In this document: positions 31,251-39,329 of the stretch, in pieces
Numbering within the stretch: position 1 is the first letter of the stretch
Layout of the letters: every line of letters starts with the position of its first letter
Sequence record: OR352934.1
Length of the DNA: 39,735 nucleotides
From: Escherichia phage AV103
Strand: one strand, 5' to 3'
Notes under the pieces: generated by a model
Database searches by the model: none
What the model was told of the DNA's origin: nothing
The model's input: only the letters and a program-made list of their open reading frames with translations
Translations under genes and position numbers: made by a program

Positions 31251-31284
31251 TATAAACGCAGAAAGGCCCACCCTAAGGTGAGCC
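31251..31284 (-). terminator. Early (host RNAP) terminator TE
   Basis: Reverse complement GGCTCACCTTAGGGTGGGCCTTTCTGCGTTTATA: hairpin plus U-rich tract just after the ligase gene. Confidence 0.8.
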
Positions 31285-31291
31285 AGTGTGA

Positions 31292-32308
31292 TTACATTTT
31301 CTCTTGAGGGTTGTCCTCGGTTCCACGGAACATTACGAACGATGGGTGGCGCAATGAGCCATCGGGTGTTTCCTCCATGTACGCAATCTGACAAGCGTGC
31401 CCGTTGTAGTAGGTTTCACCTTCAATGTTAACTGTGTTGGTAAATTCATCCATTAAGGTGCGAGAGATGTTTGTGGCATTAACTACACGACCACTCTCAA
31501 GAAGCACCTCAAATCCGATTACTTTACCTTCATTCGCTAAACCTTCGGTTCCCCATACAAGACCCTGAATGATACCGTCAGCCTCGTTCTCTGGCTTAAG
31601 TTTCCACCAGCCGGACTTCTTACCGCGCTTATAGATGCACATAGGGTCTTTCACAATGAGACCCTCATGCCCTTCTTCACGCTTCTTCTCATACAGTTGC
31701 TGTAGTTCAACCATGTCGTAAACCTCGTAAGACTCAGCCGCTTGCCATTCGATTTCAGGGAAGTATTCCTGTAGCAGAGGCAGCATGTTCTTAACGTGTT
31801 CCTGCATGAGCAACGTCATGACATCACAGTCTTCTCCAGACTCCACGATGTGAAGCGGGAGGATAGCGTACAGTCGGACACTCAGACGTTTGGTGTCCAA
31901 CTCGAACTCAACCTTGGACCCCTTGAGTGGTGGCACACCGCCAACGTCGAACTCAAAGTTCTTATTGTTGAGCCATTTGGTGCGCAGTAGGCCAGACCCG
32001 GTGTTAAAGTCTACGCCTTTGACCATGAGTTCCCCATCGAGCATAAAGCCATCTTTGTAGAAACAACGGTCATCGCTCAGCAGACGCTTCCAGCGAACAT
32101 CAAACCCGTTTAAGTGCTCCAGCGCCGGAATCGTTTTAGACACACGAGAGAGCCAGCAGCAGTTAGCAGTATTGTCTACGCAGATGTTACCACGCACACC
32201 ATCGTACTTAATGTCAGCAATAAGATACCCAGCGTTATCCAGAGCTTTCTTAATGGCAGACTCCACGAAAGACACGGCTTTGAATGGGTTGGTCTTAATG
32301 TTCATCAT
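31292..32308 (-). CDS. 1.3: ATP-dependent DNA ligase, 338 aa
   Basis: Adenylation motif KYDGVRG near the N-terminus; C-terminal ...DGSLRHPSFVMFRGTEDNPQEKM. Confidence 0.95.
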   Translation of the reverse strand: MMNIKTNPFKAVSFVESAIKKALDNAGYLIADIKYDGVRGNICVDNTANCCWLSRVSKTIPALEHLNGFDVRWKRLLSDDRCFYKDGFMLDGELMVKGVDFNTGSGLLRTKWLNNKNFEFDVGGVPPLKGSKVEFELDTKRLSVRLYAILPLHIVESGEDCDVMTLLMQEHVKNMLPLLQEYFPEIEWQAAESYEVYDMVELQQLYEKKREEGHEGLIVKDPMCIYKRGKKSGWWKLKPENEADGIIQGLVWGTEGLANEGKVIGFEVLLESGRVVNATNISRTLMDEFTNTVNIEGETYYNGHACQIAYMEETPDGSLRHPSFVMFRGTEDNPQEKM

Positions 32309-32327
32309 AGTGTTATCTCCTATTGGT

Positions 32328-32366
32328 TAAATGACTAAGGCCACTCAATGAGCGACCTTAAGCATT
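32328..32366 (-). promoter_or_regulatory. RNase III hairpin (R1.3-like)
   Basis: AAGGCCACTCAATGAGCGACCTTAAG inverted repeat. Confidence 0.5.
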
Positions 32367-32388
32367 GTCCCTATACTGAGTCGTATTA
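32366..32388 (-). promoter_or_regulatory. T7 RNAP promoter (phi1.3)
   Basis: Reverse complement TAATACGACTCAGTATAGGGACA. Confidence 0.85.
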
Positions 32389-32658
32389 CTTCCAGTGCTT
32401 CAAATCACTATGCACCTTGCGTAACCACTCGGTCTGTGCGTTGCAGCGCACATCTTCGTCATCGTGCTCGAACTTATTAGATGTTAACTCTACGCCATTC
32501 CGCAAGACCACTCGAAGAGTCTCTCCAGCTACCCATCGGCGCTGTGCATAGTCCTCACGTCGATAAGTCTCAGCGACCACATCAACATCATGGTCTTCTT
32601 TGAGGCGCTTGATAACATCCTTGTACGCTGCCAGATTGCCACTATACAGACGTCCCAT
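32386..32658 (-). CDS. 1.2: Gene 1.2 protein (host dGTPase inhibitor in T7), 90 aa
   Basis: Internal start MGRLYSGNLAA... as recalled for T7 gp1.2; ATG follows the gene 1.1 stop. Confidence 0.8.
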   Translation of the reverse strand: MGRLYSGNLAAYKDVIKRLKEDHDVDVVAETYRREDYAQRRWVAGETLRVVLRNGVELTSNKFEHDDEDVRCNAQTEWLRKVHSDLKHWK

Positions 32659-32659
32659 C

Positions 32660-32791
32660 TTACTGACCCTCCCAGCAGCGTTTATGCGCACGGGTTCGTA
32701 ATGGCTTATTAAACTTACGACCTTTAGTTACCTCGAAGCTGTCATGAGCGTTACGGTTAGAACGTTTGGCCATCTTTTCGAAGTTACGCAT
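32660..32791 (-). CDS. 1.1: Gene 1.1 basic small protein, 43 aa
   Basis: ATG with SD GAGAGGA; MRNFEKMAKRSNRNAHDSFEVTKGRKFNKPLRTRAHKRCWEGQ. Confidence 0.65.
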   Translation of the reverse strand: MRNFEKMAKRSNRNAHDSFEVTKGRKFNKPLRTRAHKRCWEGQ

Positions 32792-32870
32792 ACTTAAAGT
32801 CCTCTCTTAGTAATTCTTTAATTTAAATCTTTAATTAACACTTAAGGGTCTTAAAGTTAAACCTTAAGGT
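32792..32870 (-). other. AT-rich region downstream of phi1.1B (candidate primary replication origin)
   Basis: About 80 bp strongly AT-rich between phi1.1A/B and gene 1.1, the position of the T7 primary origin. Confidence 0.5.
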
Positions 32871-32892
32871 TCCCCTATAGTGAGTCGTATTA
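32870..32892 (-). promoter_or_regulatory. T7 RNAP promoter (phi1.1B)
   Basis: Reverse complement TTAATACGACTCACTATAGGGGAAC. Confidence 0.85.
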
Positions 32893-32904
32893 ACCGGAAG
32901 AAGG

Positions 32905-32948
32905 TCAATCATAAAGGCCACTCTTGCGAATGACCTTGAGTTTGTCCC
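32905..32948 (-). promoter_or_regulatory. RNase III hairpin (R1.1-like)
   Basis: AATCATAAAGGCCACTCTTGCGAATGACCTTGAG between the two phi1.1 promoters. Confidence 0.55.
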
Positions 32949-32968
32949 CTCTATAGTGAGTCGTATTG
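32946..32968 (-). promoter_or_regulatory. T7 RNAP promoter (phi1.1A)
   Basis: Reverse complement CAATACGACTCACTATAGAGGGGAC just after the gene 1 stop. Confidence 0.85.
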
Positions 32969-32976
32969 ATTTGACG

Positions 32977-35628
32977 TTACGCGAACGCGAAGTCTGACTT
33001 AAGGATGTCTTGGAGATTCAAGTTACCTTTAGCCGGAAGTGCTGGCATTTTGTCCAATTGAGACTCATGCAACTGGTCAGCGAACTGGTCGTAGAAGTCA
33101 GCCAGTACATCACAAGACTCATAGGTGTCAACCATAGTTTCGCGCACAGCTTTGAACAGGTTGGCAGCGTCAGCAGGAATGGTCCCGAAGGAGTCGTGAA
33201 TCAATGCAAACGATTCGATTCCGTACTTCTCATGTGCCCACACTACAGTCTTACGCAGATGACTACCATCTTGGCTATGTACAAAGTTAGGAGCTATGCC
33301 GGACTCCTGCTTGTGCGCATCAATCTCGCTATCCTTGTTTGTGTTAATGGTTGGCTGTAGACGGAACTGACCGAGGAAAATCAGGTTCAAGCGAGTCTGA
33401 ATTGGCTTCTTGTATTCCTGCCACACAGGGAAGCCATCAGGAGTTACCCAGTGTACAGCGCAACGCTTGCGTAGAATCTCTCCAGTCTTCTTATCTTTGA
33501 CCTCAGCAGCCAGCAGCTTAGCAGCGGATTTAAGCCAGTTCATTGCTTCAACCGCAGCCACCACCGTGACACTCACAGCTTCCCAAATCAGTTTAGCCAT
33601 ATAACCAGCAGCCTGATTAGGTTGAGTGAACATCAGACCTTTACCGGAATCAATAGCTGGCTGAATGGTATCTTCCAGCACTTGTTGACGGAAGCCGAAC
33701 TCTTTGGACCCGTAAGCCAGCGTCATGACTGAACGCTTAGTCACGCTGCGAGTAACACCGTAAGCCAGCCATTGACCAGCCAGCGCCTTAGTGCCCAGTT
33801 TGACTTTCTCAGAGATTTCACCAGTGTTCTCATCGGTCACGGTAACTACTTCGTTGTCGGTCCCGTTGATTATGTCTTCTTGCAGAATCGCATTGACTTT
33901 CTTAGCAACAATCCCATAGATGTCCTGAACGGTTTCACTAGGCAGCAGGTTAACCGCACGACCACCTACCTCATCGCGGAGCATCGCAGAGAAGTGCTGA
34001 ATGCCGGAGCAAGACCCATCGAACGCCAGTGGAAGAGAGCAGTTGTAGCTAAGACCATGGTGCTGTACCCCAGCGTACTCAAAGCAGAACGCAAGGAAGC
34101 AGAACGGAGAATCTTGCTCAGCCCACCAAGTGTTCTCCAGTGGAGACTTAGCGCAAGCCATGATGTTATCGTGGTTGTCCTCAATGAACTTGATGCGCTC
34201 AGGGAACGGAACCTTATCGACACCCGCACAGTTTGCACCGTGGATTTTCAACCAGTAGTAACCTTCCTTGCCGATTGGTTTACCTTTAGCCAGCGTCAGC
34301 AGTCCTTTGGTCATATCGTTACCTTGCGGGTTGAACATTGACACAGCGTAAACACGACCGCGCCAGTCCATGTTGTAAGGGAACCAGATGGCCTTATGGT
34401 TAGCGAACTTATTGGCTTGCTCAAGCATGAACTCTAAGCTGATACGGCGAGACTTGCGAGCCTTATCCTTGCGGTACACAGCAGCAGCAGCACGTTTCCA
34501 TGCGGTGAGAGCCTCAGGATTCGTGTCGATGTCTTCCGGTTTCATCGGGAGTTCTTCACGTTCAATCGCTGGGATGTCCTCGACAGGGCAGTGCTTCCAC
34601 TTGGTGATTACGTTGGCGACCGCTAGGACTTTCTTGTTGATTTTCCATGCGGTGTTTTGCGCAATGTTAATCGCCTTGTACACCTCAGGCATGTAAACGT
34701 CTTCGTAGCGCATCAGTGCTTTCTTGCTGTGAGTACGTACCAGTGCCAGAGGACGGCGACCGTTAGCCCAATATCCACCACCAGTAATACCAGTCCACGG
34801 CTTAGGAGGAACTACGCAAGGCTGGAACATCGGAGAGATACCAGCCAGTGCACCAGCACGAGTAGCGATAGCCTCAGCGTATTCCGGTGTGAGTTCGATA
34901 GTCTCAGAGTCTTGCCCGACTACGCCAGCGTTTTGACGATGTAAGCTAACCATTCCGGTTGACTCAATGAGCATCTCAATGCAGCGCACACCTACGTGAA
35001 TGGAGTCTTCCTTGTGCCACGAAGACCACGCCTCGCCACCCAGTAGACCCTTAGAGAGCATGTCAGCTTCGACAACCTGCATGAATGCTTTCTTGTAGAC
35101 GTGCCCTACGCGCTTGTTAAGCTGTTCCTCAACGTTTTTCTTGAAGTGCTTAGCTTCAAGGTCACGGATTCGACCAAAGCGCGCCTCGTCCTCAATAGCT
35201 CGACCAATTGCACTTGCTACAGCCTGAACGGTTGTATTGTCTGCGCTAGTGAGGCAAGCCAGAGTTGTCTTAATGGTGATGTACGCTATCGCTTCCGGCT
35301 TGATTTCTTGCAGGAACTGGAAGGCTGTCGGGCGTTTGCCGCGCTTAGCTTTCACTTCCTCAAACCAATCGTTGATGCGTGCAATCATCTTAGGGAGCAG
35401 GGTAGTAATGAGAGGCTTGGCGGCAGCGTTATCCGCAACCTCACCAGCTTTAAGTTGACGCTCAAACATCTTGCGGAAGCGTGCTTCACCCATCTCGTAA
35501 GACTCATGCTCAAGGGCCAACTGCTCGCGAGCTAAACGCTCACCGTAATGGTCAGCCAGAGTGTTGAACGGGATAGCAGCCAGTTCGATATCAGAGAAGT
35601 CGTTCTTAGCGATGTTAATCGTGTTCAT
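32977..35628 (-). CDS. 1: T7-type single-subunit DNA-directed RNA polymerase, 883 aa
   Basis: 883-aa ORF MNTINIAKNDFSDIELAAIPFNTLADHYGERLAREQLALEHESYEMGEARFRKMFERQLKAGEVADNAA...; matches the promoter specificity of all 17 promoters. Confidence 0.97.
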   Translation of the reverse strand: MNTINIAKNDFSDIELAAIPFNTLADHYGERLAREQLALEHESYEMGEARFRKMFERQLKAGEVADNAAAKPLITTLLPKMIARINDWFEEVKAKRGKRPTAFQFLQEIKPEAIAYITIKTTLACLTSADNTTVQAVASAIGRAIEDEARFGRIRDLEAKHFKKNVEEQLNKRVGHVYKKAFMQVVEADMLSKGLLGGEAWSSWHKEDSIHVGVRCIEMLIESTGMVSLHRQNAGVVGQDSETIELTPEYAEAIATRAGALAGISPMFQPCVVPPKPWTGITGGGYWANGRRPLALVRTHSKKALMRYEDVYMPEVYKAINIAQNTAWKINKKVLAVANVITKWKHCPVEDIPAIEREELPMKPEDIDTNPEALTAWKRAAAAVYRKDKARKSRRISLEFMLEQANKFANHKAIWFPYNMDWRGRVYAVSMFNPQGNDMTKGLLTLAKGKPIGKEGYYWLKIHGANCAGVDKVPFPERIKFIEDNHDNIMACAKSPLENTWWAEQDSPFCFLAFCFEYAGVQHHGLSYNCSLPLAFDGSCSGIQHFSAMLRDEVGGRAVNLLPSETVQDIYGIVAKKVNAILQEDIINGTDNEVVTVTDENTGEISEKVKLGTKALAGQWLAYGVTRSVTKRSVMTLAYGSKEFGFRQQVLEDTIQPAIDSGKGLMFTQPNQAAGYMAKLIWEAVSVTVVAAVEAMNWLKSAAKLLAAEVKDKKTGEILRKRCAVHWVTPDGFPVWQEYKKPIQTRLNLIFLGQFRLQPTINTNKDSEIDAHKQESGIAPNFVHSQDGSHLRKTVVWAHEKYGIESFALIHDSFGTIPADAANLFKAVRETMVDTYESCDVLADFYDQFADQLHESQLDKMPALPAKGNLNLQDILKSDFAFA

Positions 35629-35639
35629 TTAGTGCCTCT

Positions 35640-35700
35640 TCCGGTTAGTAAATCGTATCTATTCAGGCCACCCTCAGTCAGATGACCTGTAAGATAAGAC
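35640..35700 (-). promoter_or_regulatory. Possible RNase III site (R1-like) in the 0.7 to gene 1 spacer
   Basis: Imperfect inverted repeat CAGGTCATCTGACTGAGGGTGGCCTG; weak. Confidence 0.3.
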
Positions 35701-35702
35701 TA

Positions 35703-36782
35703 TCAGCCCATTAATCTTGCGTCAAGTTGCTTGTCGATGTTGAGCGGAAGACCGTTAGCGATAGCCGTGCGGTCAGCTTGGACCCAGTGCGCCGCTACTC
35801 GTTCCTCAAGCGCCTTAAAGTCCTTAGCGAGCATGTTGACCCAGAGCATAGCGTTATCGGTCCTTCCTAGTACATCTACAGCTCTCTCATGGTTACGTCG
35901 TTCTTGACGTTCAGCCATTCGCCACGCAGCAACCATTCGCTTGTGCTTCGCTTGGTGTGCTTTACGTGCCTTACGGTTATGGCGCTTTACTTTGCGTGCC
36001 TCCAATCGACCCACATGACGTGCTTTTCGTTCCTTAGCGCGGTCGATTTCTTTCTGTCGTGCGACTTCCTCGACTTCCTTGATGAGTTCCTCTGGGTCAA
36101 TACTGAATGCGCCACCGTCTTTCTTCTGCGAGAATGACACGGGGTCGGTAATGAATGGTGTATCATCGTCGCTGAACATGATGTTCCCGCTGTGCATGTC
36201 GAACGAAGCGATGCCCTCAAAGAACTTGCGGATTAGCTTGCAAGTTTCGACGAACTCGCCATCCCATCCAGTCAACCCATCATGCTCATCTGATTTGTAG
36301 TCAATGATGTCACTTGCAATCTCAGCGTATTTATAATGCTCATCGTTATCGTAACGGTCGCAATCGTTCAGTGCATCAAGTACCACCGTATAGCATCCAG
36401 CGTGACGCTGTACATCGTAGACGTTAGGGATACCAGCGCGACCTTGATACATGCGGCAGAATGCGGTATACGCAGCGCCTGAGTCCTCTTTCTTAAAGCC
36501 CACCTTAATCACCCTGTTAGGCAGCAGCGGGTGGCTATAAGCAGCCGAGAAGTGACCATTACCGAGCATCTTAAACCCCGCGTCAGTCGTGAGACACTTC
36601 AAGGTAGTCCACCAGTCTTGAAACTCAAGTGCCTGATTCAGTTCGGTTAGCTCTCCATCGCGTGTTTCGCTGTTGACCATCTCGACCAGTAAGTCGATAA
36701 GCATCCCTTGACGCTTGTCAAGTTCACAGATTGGAAGTGCTTTGATTGCGTCGATAGCGTTCATGATGTCGATAGCGTTCAC
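35703..36782 (-). CDS. 0.7: Serine/threonine protein kinase / host shut-off protein, about 359 aa
   Basis: Kinase-like N-terminal half and basic C-terminal half; start inferred at GTG 36782 with SD GGAG; alternative ATG at 36764. Confidence 0.85.
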   Translation of the reverse strand: MNAIDIMNAIDAIKALPICELDKRQGMLIDLLVEMVNSETRDGELTELNQALEFQDWWTTLKCLTTDAGFKMLGNGHFSAAYSHPLLPNRVIKVGFKKEDSGAAYTAFCRMYQGRAGIPNVYDVQRHAGCYTVVLDALNDCDRYDNDEHYKYAEIASDIIDYKSDEHDGLTGWDGEFVETCKLIRKFFEGIASFDMHSGNIMFSDDDTPFITDPVSFSQKKDGGAFSIDPEELIKEVEEVARQKEIDRAKERKARHVGRLEARKVKRHNRKARKAHQAKHKRMVAAWRMAERQERRNHERAVDVLGRTDNAMLWVNMLAKDFKALEERVAAHWVQADRTAIANGLPLNIDKQLDARLMG

Positions 36783-36801
36783 TTTGTGTATTCTCCAAAA
36801 G

Positions 36802-36939
36802 TTAGATGTTGTTGAGCTTGCGGTTGATTCGCAGTTCACGCTTAAGGCGTTCGATTCGCTGTTTCATTGCGAACCCATCAGGTGTGCATACAGTTGCCCC
36901 GTTGGGCGTGTGTATAGGCATAACGTAGTGTTTCAGCAT
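36802..36939 (-). CDS. Gene 0.6-like small protein, 45 aa
   Basis: [45 protein letters not shown]; ATG overlaps the preceding ORF stop (ATGCTGA). Confidence 0.5.
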   Translation of the reverse strand: MLKHYVMPIHTPNGATVCTPDGFAMKQRIERLKRELRINRKLNNI

Positions 36940-37061
36940 TTGCGCATTGCTCCCGTGACGGTGCAAGCCACCAAGTAAGCGCCTACAGCTACACCCAAAG
37001 ACTTCCCAAAGGATGCGCCTACAGCTAGACCTAGAGCGGTGAGTAGTCCGATAGTAAGCAT
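36933..37061 (-). CDS. Gene 0.5-like small hydrophobic membrane protein, about 42 aa
   Basis: [42 protein letters not shown] with SD GGAG; downstream of an RNase III hairpin. Confidence 0.45.
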   Translation of the reverse strand: MLTIGLLTALGLAVGASFGKSLGVAVGAYLVACTVTGAMRKC

Positions 37062-37087
37062 ATGCATTACTCCAATTCAAGTAAAGT

Positions 37088-37135
37088 GATAATCATAAAG
37101 GCCACTCGCTAGGAGCGACCTTGAGCCTATCACTT
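37088..37135 (-). promoter_or_regulatory. RNase III hairpin (R0.5-like)
   Basis: AATCATAAAGGCCACTCGCTAGGAGCGACCTTGAG. Confidence 0.55.
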
Positions 37136-37267
37136 GCTACCGTACATCGCTTTGCGTGCTCGATATGTCTGTGCTAATTGTGCCATGCAGTACCCGAAAG
37201 AAGCACCATAAGCCATCGCTACGCGGTACGTCTGCATCATCTCTTTTGTTAGACCATATTTGACCAT
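37130..37267 (-). CDS. Gene 0.4-like small protein, 45 aa
   Basis: MVKYGLTKEMMQTYRVAMAYGASFGYCMAQLAQTYRARKAMYGSK; ATG 2 nt after the ocr stop with SD GGAGGA. Confidence 0.5.
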   Translation of the reverse strand: MVKYGLTKEMMQTYRVAMAYGASFGYCMAQLAQTYRARKAMYGSK

Positions 37268-37269
37268 GA

Positions 37270-37647
37270 TTATAAATCCTCCTCCCCCTCTTCGCAGTCT
37301 CCCTCTTCCTCTTCCTCTGCGACTTCCTCAAGGTACTCGTTCAGCAAGTCCTCAGCAACTTCCCAGAGGTCAATCGTGAGTTGCTCATAGATGCGAGCTT
37401 GCAGGATGCGAATTGTGTCCGTGGTGTCTGGCATCAGACCGGCATCCTCGAACGCACGATAGATACCGTCGCTTGCCATTACGCTAAAGACCTCAGAGTA
37501 GTGACGCGGAACTACACTATCGGCAGCCTCATGAACAGCATACGATAGATAATCAGGGTCACGGATAGCATCATGATGGATGATTTCTTTCAGTATTGCA
37601 TAAGCGCGGTCGAAAACGTTGCTGTAAGTCATGTTAGACATAGCCAT
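37270..37647 (-). CDS. 0.3: Ocr, DNA-mimic inhibitor of type I restriction-modification, 125 aa
   Basis: [16 protein letters not shown]...[40 protein letters not shown] plus polyacidic tail. Confidence 0.9.
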   Translation of the reverse strand: MAMSNMTYSNVFDRAYAILKEIIHHDAIRDPDYLSYAVHEAADSVVPRHYSEVFSVMASDGIYRAFEDAGLMPDTTDTIRILQARIYEQLTIDLWEVAEDLLNEYLEEVAEEEEEGDCEEGEEDL

Positions 37648-37679
37648 CTTGTGTTACCTCATGGTGTTATTAATCAATG

Positions 37680-37726
37680 CTAATCATAAAGGCCACGCAT
37701 CGTGCATGACCTTGAGTTTAACACTT
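37680..37726 (-). promoter_or_regulatory. RNase III hairpin upstream of ocr
   Basis: ATCATAAAGGCCACGCATCGTGCATGACCTTGAG; near-duplicate of the hairpin upstream of the SAMase gene. Confidence 0.55.
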
Positions 37727-38183
37727 ATTGCACTTGCCAGCGGCGACCGAACTCATCAATCGTGAAGCAGCCTTGCAGCGGTGCGCCTTTAGGCACTTCT
37801 TGGAAACTACCTTGCAGACGTTCGGCCTTATACCCATCGATACCTTTAGCGTACACCAGACCAGCCGTGTGAGTCTGTGATTTGTATACCAGTACGCAGT
37901 CTTGCTCCCACTCATTGCAAGCTAAGCGAGCGACCTGTAAGACCTGTTCTTTGTCCTTGCAGCGTACACGAACCGTCTTTTCCTCAGTCGGTGCACTTGC
38001 GATTGCCTCACGATAGCATCCGGTCAAATCGGTTGACTCAACGGAGCCATAAAGACCCGGTGCGGCACGTAAGGTGCTAACCATGTGGCGGTGTCTGCTC
38101 ATATTCACCTCATCGTCGAGGTTGGAACGGAAAGCTGACACCAGTACATAGAAGACGTTAGCAGGCTCTTTAGTGAAAATCAT
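37725..38183 (-). CDS. S-adenosyl-L-methionine hydrolase/lyase (T3-type SAMase), 152 aa
   Basis: 152-aa ORF MIFTKEPANVFYVLVSAFRSNLDDEVNMSRHRHMVSTLRAAPGLYGS... as I recall for the T3 SAMase; SD GAGGT. Confidence 0.8.
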   Translation of the reverse strand: MIFTKEPANVFYVLVSAFRSNLDDEVNMSRHRHMVSTLRAAPGLYGSVESTDLTGCYREAIASAPTEEKTVRVRCKDKEQVLQVARLACNEWEQDCVLVYKSQTHTAGLVYAKGIDGYKAERLQGSFQEVPKGAPLQGCFTIDEFGRRWQVQ

Positions 38184-38214
38184 TTGGTGTTACCTCATGT
38201 TGGTTCGTTAAGTG

Positions 38215-38262
38215 AATATCATAAAGGCCACGCTTTAAGTGCGACCTTGAGTTATTCGCTTA
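38215..38262 (-). promoter_or_regulatory. RNase III hairpin (R0.3-like) upstream of the first early gene
   Basis: ATCATAAAGGCCACGCTTTAAGTGCGACCTTGAG. Confidence 0.55.
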
Positions 38263-38369
38263 TACGGCACACTCAAGAGCTATTTACCAGATTGTTAAAG
38301 AGCGTCTTTGGTCAGGTTTCGTTAGACCGCATCACCTTTCAGTGTGGTGACTCACTGTTCCGTCATTTC

Positions 38370-38405
38370 GTGGTACATCGTACCGTGTTTACTTCATGTT
38401 GTCAA
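38370..38405 (-). promoter_or_regulatory. Host sigma70 early promoter A3
   Basis: Sense strand TTGACA (38400-38405 rc) - 17 bp - TACGAT (38377-38382 rc). Confidence 0.85.
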
Positions 38406-38479
38406 CCGTTTTGTTTCACCTTATGTGCCGTGGTGCGCTTAAGTCACCTAGAAGACACCGTGCATCCGGTTGACGCTAC

Positions 38480-38516
38480 GTTGTGTATCTTACTGCATGT
38501 TACTTCATGTTGTCAA
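38480..38516 (-). promoter_or_regulatory. Host sigma70 early promoter A2
   Basis: Sense strand AAACAGGCATTGACAACATGAAGTAACATGCAGTAAGAT: TTGACA - 18 bp - TAAGAT. Confidence 0.85.
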
Positions 38517-38609
38517 TGCCTGTTTTTCGTATGACTTATCAGGCTGTCTACTTATCCGGTTGACCCCGGTATCTCAGGGAGTGGCTTTAAGGCCGTTGTC
38601 CCGTTGACG

Positions 38610-38644
38610 AGATGAATAGTAACCCTTAAGACTCTTTAAGTCAA
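38610..38644 (-). promoter_or_regulatory. Host sigma70 early promoter A1
   Basis: Sense strand AAAAAGAGTATTGACTTAAAGAGTCTTAAGGGTTACTAT: TTGACT - 17 bp - TACTAT. Confidence 0.8.
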
Positions 38645-38694
38645 TACTCTTTTTTTAAATTCTTTAATTTCTCTTTTAAGGTATCTTTAAGTAG

Positions 38695-38717
38695 TCTCCT
38701 TATAGTGAGTCGTATTA
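38695..38717 (-). promoter_or_regulatory. T7 RNAP promoter (phiOL, left-end replication promoter)
   Basis: Reverse complement TAATACGACTCACTATAAGGAGAC between the repeat array and A1. Confidence 0.8.
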
Positions 38718-38930
38718 AAGACGATGGATGAAGATTATCTCTTTATAGGTAACAACAAGGCGTCTATAGGATAGGCTTTAGGATGGTCTTTAGGCTGGTC
38801 TTTAGAAGATACTTTAAGATGGGGATTGACTCATGGTGTCTTTAGGTGTAGTCTTTAGGTTGTAGACGGTAGGAATGACTTTAGGAGGTGACTTTAGGAG
38901 GATACTTTAGGAGGCTGTAACAGATAGGGA
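38718..38930. repeat. Left-end array of degenerate CCTAAAG-type heptamer repeats
   Basis: Plus strand shows about 10 copies of CTTTAGG / CTTTAAG / CTTTAGA at irregular 10-25 bp spacing. Confidence 0.75.
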
Positions 38931-39090
38931 CACAGAGAGACACTCAAGGTAACACTCAAAGGTAAACCATCGGGTCATCCCAACCTTAAGTAACCCTCAA
39001 GGTCAACCTTCGGTTGACTTTAGGTGATTGGCTGGGCTTTAGGGACCCCCCCCCCCCTATGGGGGAACTTTGGGTCCGTACACTGTGAGA
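38931..39090. repeat. Direct terminal repeat (single collapsed copy); physical genome end at about 39090
   Basis: Reverse complement begins TCTCACAGTGTACGGACCCAAAGTTCCCCCATAGGGG...CCTAAAGCCCAGCCAATCACCTAAAGTCAACC, matching the T7 left terminus; 160-bp extent assumed by analogy. Confidence 0.6.
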
Positions 39091-39270
39091 TAGTCACTCA
39101 GATTTTTATGGTATATTTTAAAGGACCCTCTAGGAACTCCCTAGGACCTCTCTAAGACCCTCTTTAGGTGACACTGATAGGATGGCCTATCTTTAGGTAT
39201 AGACCTTAGGATAGACCATTAGAGGCTCTTTATGGGTATACCTTAGGACTTGACTCTATAGGGATGAAGT
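39091..39270. repeat. Right-end array of CCTAAAG / CCTAGG-type short repeats
   Basis: CTTTAGG, CCTTAGG and CCTAGG motifs recur between gene 19.5 and the terminal repeat junction. Confidence 0.6.
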
Positions 39271-39329
39271 GGTGTGATGCAATCATACCGCTGAATCCCT
39301 CGGTGAGCCATCAGTCGGTCAGGAAGACC

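Noticed and set aside
38718-39270. Short-repeat arrays as a CRISPR array
   Set aside because: Repeats are 7-bp degenerate motifs with irregular spacing at the genome termini, not 25-40 bp direct repeats with unique spacers.
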